64,000 bases of DNA from Candidatus Poseidoniales archaeon (GTDB taxonomy: Archaea > Thermoplasmatota > Poseidoniia > Poseidoniales > Poseidoniaceae), in assembly GCA_019651595.1 (NCBI GenBank), contig BOYQ01000003.1:222423-286422 (forward strand), in the 5' to 3' direction. The stretch's first letter is position 1. Each line of letters starts with the position of its first letter. Shown piece after piece: positions 21,675 through 30,114 of this stretch. The notes beneath the pieces were generated by a model. The model was not told where the DNA came from, did no database searches, and saw nothing but the letters and a program-made list of their open reading frames with translations. The position numbers were made by a program, and so were the translations under genes.

Positions 21675-22503
21675 TGACGGCCCAAGTCTGGATGGGGTAC
21701 TTGGTCGACGCCCAGGAAGATTTCACCGTGATTCAATCTCCCTTTGTCCTCAACGGTTCGAGGGTCTACGGAGCGGACAGTGATGCCACCACCCTGGCGG
21801 TCGCTGGTATGCTTCACCGACTGCGTTCAGAATCCGTTTCTTCGGTGACTGCGCCAGACGGTATTGACACCGTGAGTTTCGCTGGGGCGACCGGCGTACC
21901 ACATCATTCAGAGGACGCGACAGATGAGGCACCCTGGGATTTGCTGGTGGGTGATGAAGCCACGGTGGTGTTGGCTCGTCAAGGCGCCACCGTTGAGTTG
22001 ACCGCGCTGGACGTCGAAATCGATGTTGACGCTGATTTTCATCAAGCCATGGAAGCCGCATGGGCCGCAGAGCAGTCGACCTTTCATGTCAGCCAAGGCG
22101 CTTACGTGTCAAGGGCCCAGTACGAAGAAGCGGCTTCCTCCAGACTCTCCCTTCAGGGTCAGGCGTCCGTGGACACGGTGGTCTGGCCTCCCCGATACAC
22201 GTACATGGTGGACGGGAACGAAGCACAACCGCGCCGTCTCCAACGCACGGGCAAGTTGCTTTCTTGGACCACCCTCTCTGCGGCCGGTGCACCCTCGGAA
22301 TTTTCACTACGTGCGCCCCTCCTCGGTGGCATTAGCACGGTGTTTCTCCAGCTCGATGACGGGCCAAAAGGCGTGTTTTTGGCGGTGGAGATGAAACACC
22401 GGCGTTCGGTATGGATGTTCCCATGGAACTCGTTTTCCGCCGACTGTACGCTCAAGAGGGGTTCATCCGATACGGCTTGAAAGCACGGACCATAACGGAC
22501 TAA
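21674..22503 (+). CDS. DUF35/OB-fold thiolase partner with degenerate N-terminal domain (indel near 22390)
   Basis: GKLLSWT..GAPSEF..LQLDDG and shifted tail MELVFRRLYAQEGFIRYGLKA to TAA 22503; translationally coupled to the thiolase. Confidence 0.8.
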
Positions 22504-22539
22504 CAAAGCATTCATAGAAAGCAAAGTCCAGCACCCGAC

Positions 22540-23556
22540 ATGGCAGGCTTTGGCGGGTTGCGGAAAGGCAGACAGGAAGCCCGTGACAACCTCGCATACA
22601 CTGAAGGTGGCGACTGTCCCCGGTGCGGTGGTGGCGCTCAAGATTCGAGCATGGCCGGTTACCTGCAATGCTCTTCTTGCGGTCATGAATGGGCCGACCC
22701 CAACTACAAGGAAACGAGGAAGCGACCTGCACCTCCGACGCACCGTCGGGACGCCGAGATGATCGAGCAATTCAAGCAAGAGATGGCTTCGGGTGAACTG
22801 GCCAACGTGTTGGGGATCAACAAGAACCTCTCAGGTGAGCAAGAGCAGTCGTTGAAGCGACTGGAGGACAAGTGGATGAGTGGCATGCAAGGCCACTACA
22901 ACGCCGCAGCGGAGGAACGCAAACCGTTGATGATCAGTTTTGATGACGATGACAACATCCTCTCGACCGAGGTGGCCGCCATCACCATCGTCTCGAACGG
23001 GTTTGACGGCGGCGAGGAAATTCGGCTTGAATATCCCGGCCGCGGTACCGAATTTTATGCCTACAACGAACGAAGCCCCACGGGGTGGAAGCGCGGACCC
23101 AACGCGGAATCCACTGCCCGTTCCATTGCCAGCGTCATCAATCGTTCCTCCCGACTGGTTTACGCCAACCTCGAAGGGACTCGAATTTCCTTTGAACTGC
23201 GCGACGAATCTTTGAACGCAGCCTCCTTCGTGATTTTTGTTGACGACCCTGGTGGCACCGACATCGTGGCAGAAAAAGGCGGTGTGGTCTTGGATCACCG
23301 GGACTTCTCCACCATCCAAGATTATCGGAATGTCGTGGAAATGGTGCTTGAGGACGGTATCATTTCACCCAGCGAAGACCAACTCCTCTGGGCCATGCGA
23401 GAACAGTTGAACATCGACGAGGCCTATCACATCCAGATGGTCATGGACATCTGCGGTGAGAACACCCTCAAGGAATGCACCTCGTGCGGGGGCATGGCTG
23501 AACTTTATCCCGAGCACGCTGCATGGTATTGCCACGCTTGCGAAGCGTGGTGTTGA
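22540..23556 (+). CDS. Hypothetical protein with N- and C-terminal Zn ribbons and a TerB-like helical segment
   Basis: CPRC..CSSCGHEW; EDGIISPSEDQLL..REQLNI; CTSC..WYCHAC. Confidence 0.8.
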   Translation: MAGFGGLRKGRQEARDNLAYTEGGDCPRCGGGAQDSSMAGYLQCSSCGHEWADPNYKETRKRPAPPTHRRDAEMIEQFKQEMASGELANVLGINKNLSGEQEQSLKRLEDKWMSGMQGHYNAAAEERKPLMISFDDDDNILSTEVAAITIVSNGFDGGEEIRLEYPGRGTEFYAYNERSPTGWKRGPNAESTARSIASVINRSSRLVYANLEGTRISFELRDESLNAASFVIFVDDPGGTDIVAEKGGVVLDHRDFSTIQDYRNVVEMVLEDGIISPSEDQLLWAMREQLNIDEAYHIQMVMDICGENTLKECTSCGGMAELYPEHAAWYCHACEAWC

Positions 23557-23642
23557 AGATGAAATGGCCTCCCTTAGCATCCTTCTATAGAACCCAAGAA
23601 TCATGGCTCGCAGAATGCCTGCAATCATGAATGTGGGCACTC

Positions 23643-23650
23643 TTCATAAA
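23643..23650 (+). promoter_or_regulatory. Putative TATA box of the actin gene
   Basis: TTCATAAA 31 nt upstream of ATG; related motif recurs before other genes. Confidence 0.5.
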
Positions 23651-23681
23651 GTGAAGCGGTATCCGAAAGACGGTTACGCCT

Positions 23682-24707
23682 ATGGCAAAAGACGTGTTGT
23701 ATATTGGAATTGACTTGGGAACCTTCCGTTCGGTGATGGTCTCCTCCGACAGTCACGAAGTGGAAGAATTGACGGTCATTGGAACACCCAAAGACCCCAT
23801 CGCTCGCAACTTCCTGAAGCGAGACGTCCTGTTTGGCAACGAGGCCCTGAAGAATCGCTTGGCTCTGAACCTTTACCGCCCGCTTGAGCTCGGTGTCATC
23901 AAGGACACGCCCGAAGACCGAGAGTTCATCGCTCACTTCATCACCCATCTCATCGGTCTTTCCGACCCCGAGGAATACGACCGTGTCGTGGCCGTGATCG
24001 GTGCACCTGCTGAGGCCAGCCACGTCGATAAGACCGCCATCTTTGATGCTGCTGCCGGATCGGTCAACTCCGCCATGATCATCTCTGAACCGTTTGCTGT
24101 CGCCTATGCGCTTGATATGATCACCCACACCCTCGTCATTGACATTGGCGCCGGAACCACTGACTTGTGCCGCGTCTACGGCACCATCCCTGGCCCCGGC
24201 GACCAAATGCACACCGGCTACGCAGGTGACTACGTCGACAACGCTCTCATCAAGGAGATTCAATCCAAGTACAACGGCGCACAAATCACCAAAGACATGG
24301 CCCGTCGATGGAAGGAGCAGTTCTCCTTTGTTTCCACGGCAGCCCCTGACGAACCCGTGCTGGTGGACTTTTCGATTGAAGGGAAAGCCATGACCTTGGA
24401 CATCACGGACTGCATGCAAGCGGCCTGCGAATCCATCGTTGACCCCATTGTTGAGAACGTCAAGAAACTCATCGCTGGTTCAAATCCAGAATACCACGAC
24501 GAGTTCCGCAAGAACATGGTCCTTGCCGGCGGCGGTTCCTCCATCAAGGGTCTCGGCGCCCTCATTGAGCGCCGTCTTTCTGACATGGGCGACGTCAACG
24601 TCCACGTGGTGGATGACCCGGTTCGATTGGGTGCCATGGGCGGTCTTCGTCTGGCCATGGAAGTTCCCGAAGACATGTGGAAGAACCTGACGCTCGCCTC
24701 CCGCTGA
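23682..24707 (+). CDS. Actin-family ATPase, MamK/Salactin-like
   Basis: IGIDLGT, VIGAPA, SEPFAVAY, IDIGAGTTDLC, GTIPGPGDQ, AGDYVD, KEQFSFV, LAGGGS. Confidence 0.9.
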   Translation: MAKDVLYIGIDLGTFRSVMVSSDSHEVEELTVIGTPKDPIARNFLKRDVLFGNEALKNRLALNLYRPLELGVIKDTPEDREFIAHFITHLIGLSDPEEYDRVVAVIGAPAEASHVDKTAIFDAAAGSVNSAMIISEPFAVAYALDMITHTLVIDIGAGTTDLCRVYGTIPGPGDQMHTGYAGDYVDNALIKEIQSKYNGAQITKDMARRWKEQFSFVSTAAPDEPVLVDFSIEGKAMTLDITDCMQAACESIVDPIVENVKKLIAGSNPEYHDEFRKNMVLAGGGSSIKGLGALIERRLSDMGDVNVHVVDDPVRLGAMGGLRLAMEVPEDMWKNLTLASR

Positions 24708-24789
24708 GGAATCAGGCCTGAATTTGGCCGCTGTTGGCGGCATCGATTTGGTAGAAACCATCTTTGACCCTGCGCAAGCATCCTCCATC

Positions 24790-25335
24790 ATGCCAAAAGT
24801 TAGCACCGGGGATAACGCACCAGCCCTCGTTTTACCAGCCATTGACGGAAGCACGTTCGACATGCAATCCGTTCGTGGAAAGAAAGTGATTCTCACGTTT
24901 TTCCGATTTTCGACCTGCCCGCTGTGCAACATGCGGATACGAAAGATCAAACAGCGGTGGAATGAATTTTCACAGGACACCGTCATGGTTGGCGTGTTTG
25001 ATGCGACCATCGCCGACCTTACGAAACGCATGAAAAAACACGACGTCCCGTTTACCATCGTGGCCGACGAATCTTATGCTGCGTTCGAATCCAACGGCGT
25101 CACGAAATCGTTTGCCAAGTTCATGTGGGGAGCTGCCAAATCCCCCCTTACGCTTCTTCAAGCAACCTTGAGGGGCTACGTCCCGTTGACGATGTCCATT
25201 GGAAAACTGTCCACCATACCCGTCGACATTCTCATCGATGAGAACGGTCGTGTCGTCGACGCTCATTACTGCAAGGACACGGCGGACCATATGTCGCTTG
25301 ACCGAATGATCGCTTTCTCAAACGGAACGCTCTGA
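24790..25335 (+). CDS. AhpC/TSA (peroxiredoxin-like) redoxin
   Basis: GDNAP, FFRFSTCPLCN (CxxC), ILIDENGRVV. Confidence 0.85.
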   Translation: MPKVSTGDNAPALVLPAIDGSTFDMQSVRGKKVILTFFRFSTCPLCNMRIRKIKQRWNEFSQDTVMVGVFDATIADLTKRMKKHDVPFTIVADESYAAFESNGVTKSFAKFMWGAAKSPLTLLQATLRGYVPLTMSIGKLSTIPVDILIDENGRVVDAHYCKDTADHMSLDRMIAFSNGTL

Positions 25336-25361
25336 TTGGACAACAACGTTGGTGCCTGTGC

Positions 25362-26021
25362 TCAGGCGTTTCCGGCTTTCTCAACCTCGGCCCAATCACG
25401 CATGAAGCCTTCCAGACCGCGGTCGGTCAAGGGGTGGCTCATCAGCTGGCGGAAGGTCTTCGCCGGCATGGTAGCGGTGTGCGCACCCAGTTGGATGCAC
25501 TGGAGAACGTGCGTCGGGTGGCGGACCGATGCTGCGAGAACTTTGGTGTCAAGGTCGTAATTGGCCCACGTGTTCATGATTTCAGCAATGAGTTCCATGC
25601 CGTCGTGGCCGGTGTCGTCAATTCGCCCGATAAACGGTGATACGTACGTGGCACCGGCTTTGGCAGCCATGAGCGCTTGAGAGGCCGAGAAGATGAGGGT
25701 GACGTTGGTGTCGATGCCTTCCTCCGTGAGAATCTTCGTTGCAGCAAGCCCTTCGGGCGTGCACGGAATTTTGATGATCACGTTTTCCGGAAGTTCTGCC
25801 TTGAGCGCTCGCCCTTGGTCCACCATCCCCGCCGTGTCCATGGCGGTCACCTCGGCCGAAATTGGGCCGGAGCAGATGCCTGCGATTTCTCGAACCACTT
25901 CTTTGAAGTCCCGGCCCGACTTCTTGATGAGCGACGGGTTGGTCGTTACACCGTCAAGAATGCCCCAGGCGGCAATTTCTCGAATTTCATCGACGTCGGC
26001 TGTATCCAGGAAGAACTCCAT
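25362..26021 (-). CDS. tal: Transaldolase (short Tal/FSA family)
   Basis: [18 protein letters not shown] (Glu), [11 protein letters not shown] (Phe, transaldolase type). Confidence 0.92.
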   Translation of the reverse strand: MEFFLDTADVDEIREIAAWGILDGVTTNPSLIKKSGRDFKEVVREIAGICSGPISAEVTAMDTAGMVDQGRALKAELPENVIIKIPCTPEGLAATKILTEEGIDTNVTLIFSASQALMAAKAGATYVSPFIGRIDDTGHDGMELIAEIMNTWANYDLDTKVLAASVRHPTHVLQCIQLGAHTATMPAKTFRQLMSHPLTDRGLEGFMRDWAEVEKAGNA

Positions 26022-26081
26022 GGTGCTTGTTCGACGAAGAGATTCTATGAACTCTCCCCTGCGGAGAAGAACGGCTGTGAA

Positions 26082-27017
26082 TCACTTGCGTGCAACGGCC
26101 CGTTTGGCAGCCTCGCCGATATAGGGTGCCGAAATTTGCATGACGTCAAGCATTTCATCGGCTTGCCCTGATTCACCGAACCGGTCCTGCACACCGACCC
26201 GTTCCAACGGAGCGTAATGATTTGAAGTCAGGTGTTCAGCCACGGCACCGCCAAGCCCGCCGATGACGCTGTGGTCCTCAGCGGTAACAATGGCCCCGCA
26301 GTTCGCCACAAGTTGGTCAACCAAATCGCCGTCGAGCGGTTTGAGGGTGTGCATGTCCACCACGGTGGCTTCAATGCCTTCCGCCGCCAAGGTTTCGGCG
26401 GCTTTGAGCGATTCCGACACCATGACGCCGCATGCTACGATGGCGACGTCGGCTCCCTCTCTGAGAACGACGCCCTTGCCGATTTCGATTTCACTCTCAC
26501 GTCCTTCGTACAGCACCGGTGTTTTGTTTCGGGCCGTGCGCGTGTAGGAGGGAGAACCGCTGGCAGCGAGTTGGACGGTTAACAACCTGGTCGATACAAC
26601 ATCGCTTGGATGAAGCACGATCACGTTTGGTAGCGTGCGATAAATGGCCAAGTCCTCAATGGATTGAGCGGAGGAGCCGTCCGTCCCGGTGTGGGTCCCG
26701 CCGTGACTCCCACAAACGTGAACGGCCAAGTTTGGCCGGGCAACACCGTTCCGCATTTGCTCGAAGGCTCGCTCGGTAAAGATGGCGAACGTGCTCGCAA
26801 ACGGTATGTAGCCTGAGGCGGCCAACCCTGCACCGACAAGCAGCATGTTTTGTTCGCCGATACCGCAGGAAACGGTTCGCTCAGGATGGGCTTTCCGAAA
26901 GTGGAGCGATTTGGTGGATTTTCCGAGATCCGCCTCGAGCACGACAACTTTTGGATTGTCTGCCAGCTCAAGAAGTGCTTCGCCGTAGCCGTCTCGGGTT
27001 GCGGCCATCTTCGTCAT
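26082..27017 (-). CDS. tktB: Transketolase C-terminal subunit
   Basis: ADLGKST, GIGEQNM, RAFEQMRN, LKPLD, EDHSVIGGLG. Confidence 0.93.
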   Translation of the reverse strand: MTKMAATRDGYGEALLELADNPKVVVLEADLGKSTKSLHFRKAHPERTVSCGIGEQNMLLVGAGLAASGYIPFASTFAIFTERAFEQMRNGVARPNLAVHVCGSHGGTHTGTDGSSAQSIEDLAIYRTLPNVIVLHPSDVVSTRLLTVQLAASGSPSYTRTARNKTPVLYEGRESEIEIGKGVVLREGADVAIVACGVMVSESLKAAETLAAEGIEATVVDMHTLKPLDGDLVDQLVANCGAIVTAEDHSVIGGLGGAVAEHLTSNHYAPLERVGVQDRFGESGQADEMLDVMQISAPYIGEAAKRAVARK

Positions 27018-27838
27018 GCGACCACCTCGCCGAGTTCAGCCATGGCCTGTGCGTATTGTTCATCGTTGGGCGCTGCGCCGTGGAAGGCTGGGTTGTCCGC
27101 CATGAACGAAACACCGTGTCCTTTGACGGTGTGGGCGATGAGGATGGAGGGGCCGTCGTTGGTCGACGAGAGGAAATTGAGCCCGTCAACGACCTCGTCC
27201 ATGTTGTGGCCGTCGATCTCTTTGACGTTCCATCCAAAAGCCTTCCATTTTGCGGGGATGTCAAACATTCGCATCTGGGCCTCACAAAAGTCGTCGTTCT
27301 GGATTCGATTGCGGTCAAGAATGACATTGAGGTTGCCTAATTCGTGATGCGTGGCGGCCATGGCTGCCTCCCAGACGCTGCCTTCTTGGATTTCCCCGTC
27401 GCCCAGCATAACGTAGACTTGACGTTCGCTGCCGGCCAGCCTGCCAGCGATGGCGGAACCCATGCCGAACGAAAGCCCCATGCCCAGGGAACCTGCAGAG
27501 AAATCCACGCCTGGGCACCACTTCATGTCCACGTGGCCCTGGCAGACGCCTCCAAGGACCCGGTAGGACTCAAGGTCTTCAACGGTGATGAACCCCATCT
27601 CCGCCAAAATAGCGTACATGCCGGGTGAGGCGTGGCCCTTGGACAGGATGAACCGGTCCCGGTCGTCCCAGTCCGGTTCATCTGGACGGACTCGGAGCGT
27701 TGTTTTGTAAAGGCCGACGAGAAGGTCGATTTCCGAGAGCGAACCTCCCGGATGACCGGCTTGCGCACGATGGACCATGTTCACGATGTGGACTCGACAT
27801 TTTCGTGCAAGTTCTCGTAATTCGTCCGTCGTTGTCAT
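27014..27838 (-). CDS. tktA: Transketolase N-terminal subunit
   Basis: GHPGGSLS, DRDRFILSKGHA, TPP motif GDGEIQEG. Confidence 0.94.
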   Translation of the reverse strand: MTTTDELRELARKCRVHIVNMVHRAQAGHPGGSLSEIDLLVGLYKTTLRVRPDEPDWDDRDRFILSKGHASPGMYAILAEMGFITVEDLESYRVLGGVCQGHVDMKWCPGVDFSAGSLGMGLSFGMGSAIAGRLAGSERQVYVMLGDGEIQEGSVWEAAMAATHHELGNLNVILDRNRIQNDDFCEAQMRMFDIPAKWKAFGWNVKEIDGHNMDEVVDGLNFLSSTNDGPSILIAHTVKGHGVSFMADNPAFHGAAPNDEQYAQAMAELGEVVA

Positions 27839-27913
27839 GGCCTCACCAGCAGGTGCAGGCCTGTGTGGATGGCCTTTGATGGTTGTGCAGGCGGGCGTTG
27901 AGGTTCAGAGGCG

Positions 27914-29962
27914 CTATGGCTGCTTTTTTGGCTGAAGTGCATCCAAGGCGTTCCGCACGGCTTCTGCGGTGATCATCACAGCATCGCCCGCCAAACTACC
28001 GCCTTTCGGCAGGGCTCGAGACGCCAGCCATATGAACACGCCAACGAACCACGCGAAGAACGCAAGGGATAACATGTCGTTGAGCGTTGCGATTCCAAAG
28101 ATCGCAGCAAGGTCAATTTTTGCGACGATGAGCACAGCGATGAACACCCCCATGATGGACTCACCGGCGATGAATCCCGCCCCGATGAGCACGCCACGAC
28201 TCTCAACTTCTTTGGCCGCCTCCACCGCTTGTTCAGATGGCTCTTCTCGTAGTACGCCGTCCACGCGCAGGTGAGCACTTCTCAACATGATGTGCGAAAT
28301 GACACCTCCAACCATGATGGGGACAGACAGGCCGAGCGGGAGATAAATCCCAATGGCGACGCTCATGACGGGCATCTGCAGTCGTATCAGCGCCACCGCA
28401 ATCGCCGCCCCCAAGACCACCATTTGGATGTTCAAGTCGCCGCCGAAGGCACCCTGGACGATGGCGCCGATGAGTTCAGCTTGCGGAGCAAAAAGGGCTT
28501 TCGAACACGTTGGGTCCGAGGGCAGCGGGTTCAACTGGCAGGCTGTTTGTGAAATTCGAAACGCATCGTGAAGCAGCGAAAGAACAGGGCCGATGACCAC
28601 TGCACCGGTCAACACACCAACGATTTCCGCCACCTGCTGTCGCTTTGGTGTTGCACCCAGCATGTGGCCGGTTTTGAGGTCCTGCATCACATCGCCCGCG
28701 ATGGCTGCGCTCGAAGCCACAATGGCAGCGATGAGCAGGGTCGCAAACATCAGGTCGGGTTTGGCCATGCCCAGCATGAGGTCGCCGATCACGTACACCA
28801 AGCCCACGGTGAACAGCAGCGTGGCAATGGTCATCCCCGAAACGGGTGAGTTGGAGGAACCCACAACACCGGCAATATATCCAGCGACAGCGGCGAAAAA
28901 GAAGGCAACGAAGGCCAAGAACAAGGCGCCAGCCAAGGCGAGAATTGGCGATTCCATTGCCCACCAATAGAAGAAGAACGTTGCGAACACCAAAACGCCG
29001 CACACAGTGAACACCCTGTTCATTGGAATGTCTTGTTCGGTGCGGAGCAACACTTGATTCTGGTCGTCGTTTTTGATGAAGGCCTTGGACAGACCGGTGA
29101 TGATGGTCTTTCGCATGGTCCAGAGCGTGTAGATACCACCGACCACCATGGCGCCGACCCCGACGTAGCGAACTTGGGTCGACCAGATGGTGTAGAAGCC
29201 GTCGACAAGGGAACCACCCGCAGGCCAGCCGTAGATCAAGCCGTACATGGGCACGAGAAGGCCAAAGCCCAGGACGCCTCCAAAGAAGATAAAGGATGCA
29301 ATTCGGATGCCGACAATGTAGCCCACCGAGAGCAGGGCCACCGACAAATCCATGCCCGCATAGAGGCGAGTGGAGATAAACGATACAGCGCCTTCAACCG
29401 TGTGGTGCGTCACTTCGAAGCCTTTGACCATGAGGCCGTAGAGGCCGCCGATGCCCAAGGCGTACACGATGGCGAGCGCACCGTCGCCGCCCTCTTCTCC
29501 AGCCACCAGCACTTCACGGCACGCAACACCTTCCGGATAGGGCAGGGCTTCTTCAACGATGAACAACCTCCTCAGGGCGATGGTGAACATGGTGCCAAGC
29601 AACCCCCCGAGGGTGGCGATGATGAGCGTCTCCATCCACTGAATGTTGGTCCATATGTTCATGACCAGCAGGGCTGGTACGGTGAAAATCACACCCGCAG
29701 CCAGTGATTCACCGGCCGAGGCCATCGTTTGCACGGCGTTGTTCTCAAGAATGGAGACGTCTTTGAACATAGAACGGAGGATGATCATCGACATTACGGC
29801 AGCGGGAATGCTGGCTGAGACGGTCATGCCTGCATACAGACCCAAGTAGGCGTTTGCCGCTGTCATGAGCACGCCGAGGACGATGCCGACAATGATGACC
29901 CGTGCCGTTAATTCCATGGGGCTTTCATGAGCGGGAATGTACGGCTCCTGTGTTCCGCTCAT
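27914..29962 (-). CDS. OPT-family oligopeptide transporter
   Basis: ELTARVI, YLGLYAGMTVSASIPAAV, ENN, LPYPEG, SPVSG, MQDLKTG, APQA. Confidence 0.93.
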   Translation of the reverse strand: MSGTQEPYIPAHESPMELTARVIIVGIVLGVLMTAANAYLGLYAGMTVSASIPAAVMSMIILRSMFKDVSILENNAVQTMASAGESLAAGVIFTVPALLVMNIWTNIQWMETLIIATLGGLLGTMFTIALRRLFIVEEALPYPEGVACREVLVAGEEGGDGALAIVYALGIGGLYGLMVKGFEVTHHTVEGAVSFISTRLYAGMDLSVALLSVGYIVGIRIASFIFFGGVLGFGLLVPMYGLIYGWPAGGSLVDGFYTIWSTQVRYVGVGAMVVGGIYTLWTMRKTIITGLSKAFIKNDDQNQVLLRTEQDIPMNRVFTVCGVLVFATFFFYWWAMESPILALAGALFLAFVAFFFAAVAGYIAGVVGSSNSPVSGMTIATLLFTVGLVYVIGDLMLGMAKPDLMFATLLIAAIVASSAAIAGDVMQDLKTGHMLGATPKRQQVAEIVGVLTGAVVIGPVLSLLHDAFRISQTACQLNPLPSDPTCSKALFAPQAELIGAIVQGAFGGDLNIQMVVLGAAIAVALIRLQMPVMSVAIGIYLPLGLSVPIMVGGVISHIMLRSAHLRVDGVLREEPSEQAVEAAKEVESRGVLIGAGFIAGESIMGVFIAVLIVAKIDLAAIFGIATLNDMLSLAFFAWFVGVFIWLASRALPKGGSLAGDAVMITAEAVRNALDALQPKKQP

Positions 29963-30114
29963 GGCCTTTCCAATCCGTACCAGTAGGTATAGGCTACGAT
30001 GATTCCGCTTTGTCCCACCGATTCAATGCGCATGGGATAATAGCCGTCATAATAATAGGTGGTAGTGCCGGCCACTGGACTACTCAATACTCTATTGAGG
30101 GGCCGGTGTGGTGA

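Noticed and set aside
23682-24707. Magnetosome island
   Set aside because: No other mam/mms genes; flanks are housekeeping or hypothetical.
29963-30114. yybP-ykoY Mn riboswitch before the P-type ATPase
   Set aside because: Could not match the conserved core by eye; a covariance-model search would be needed.
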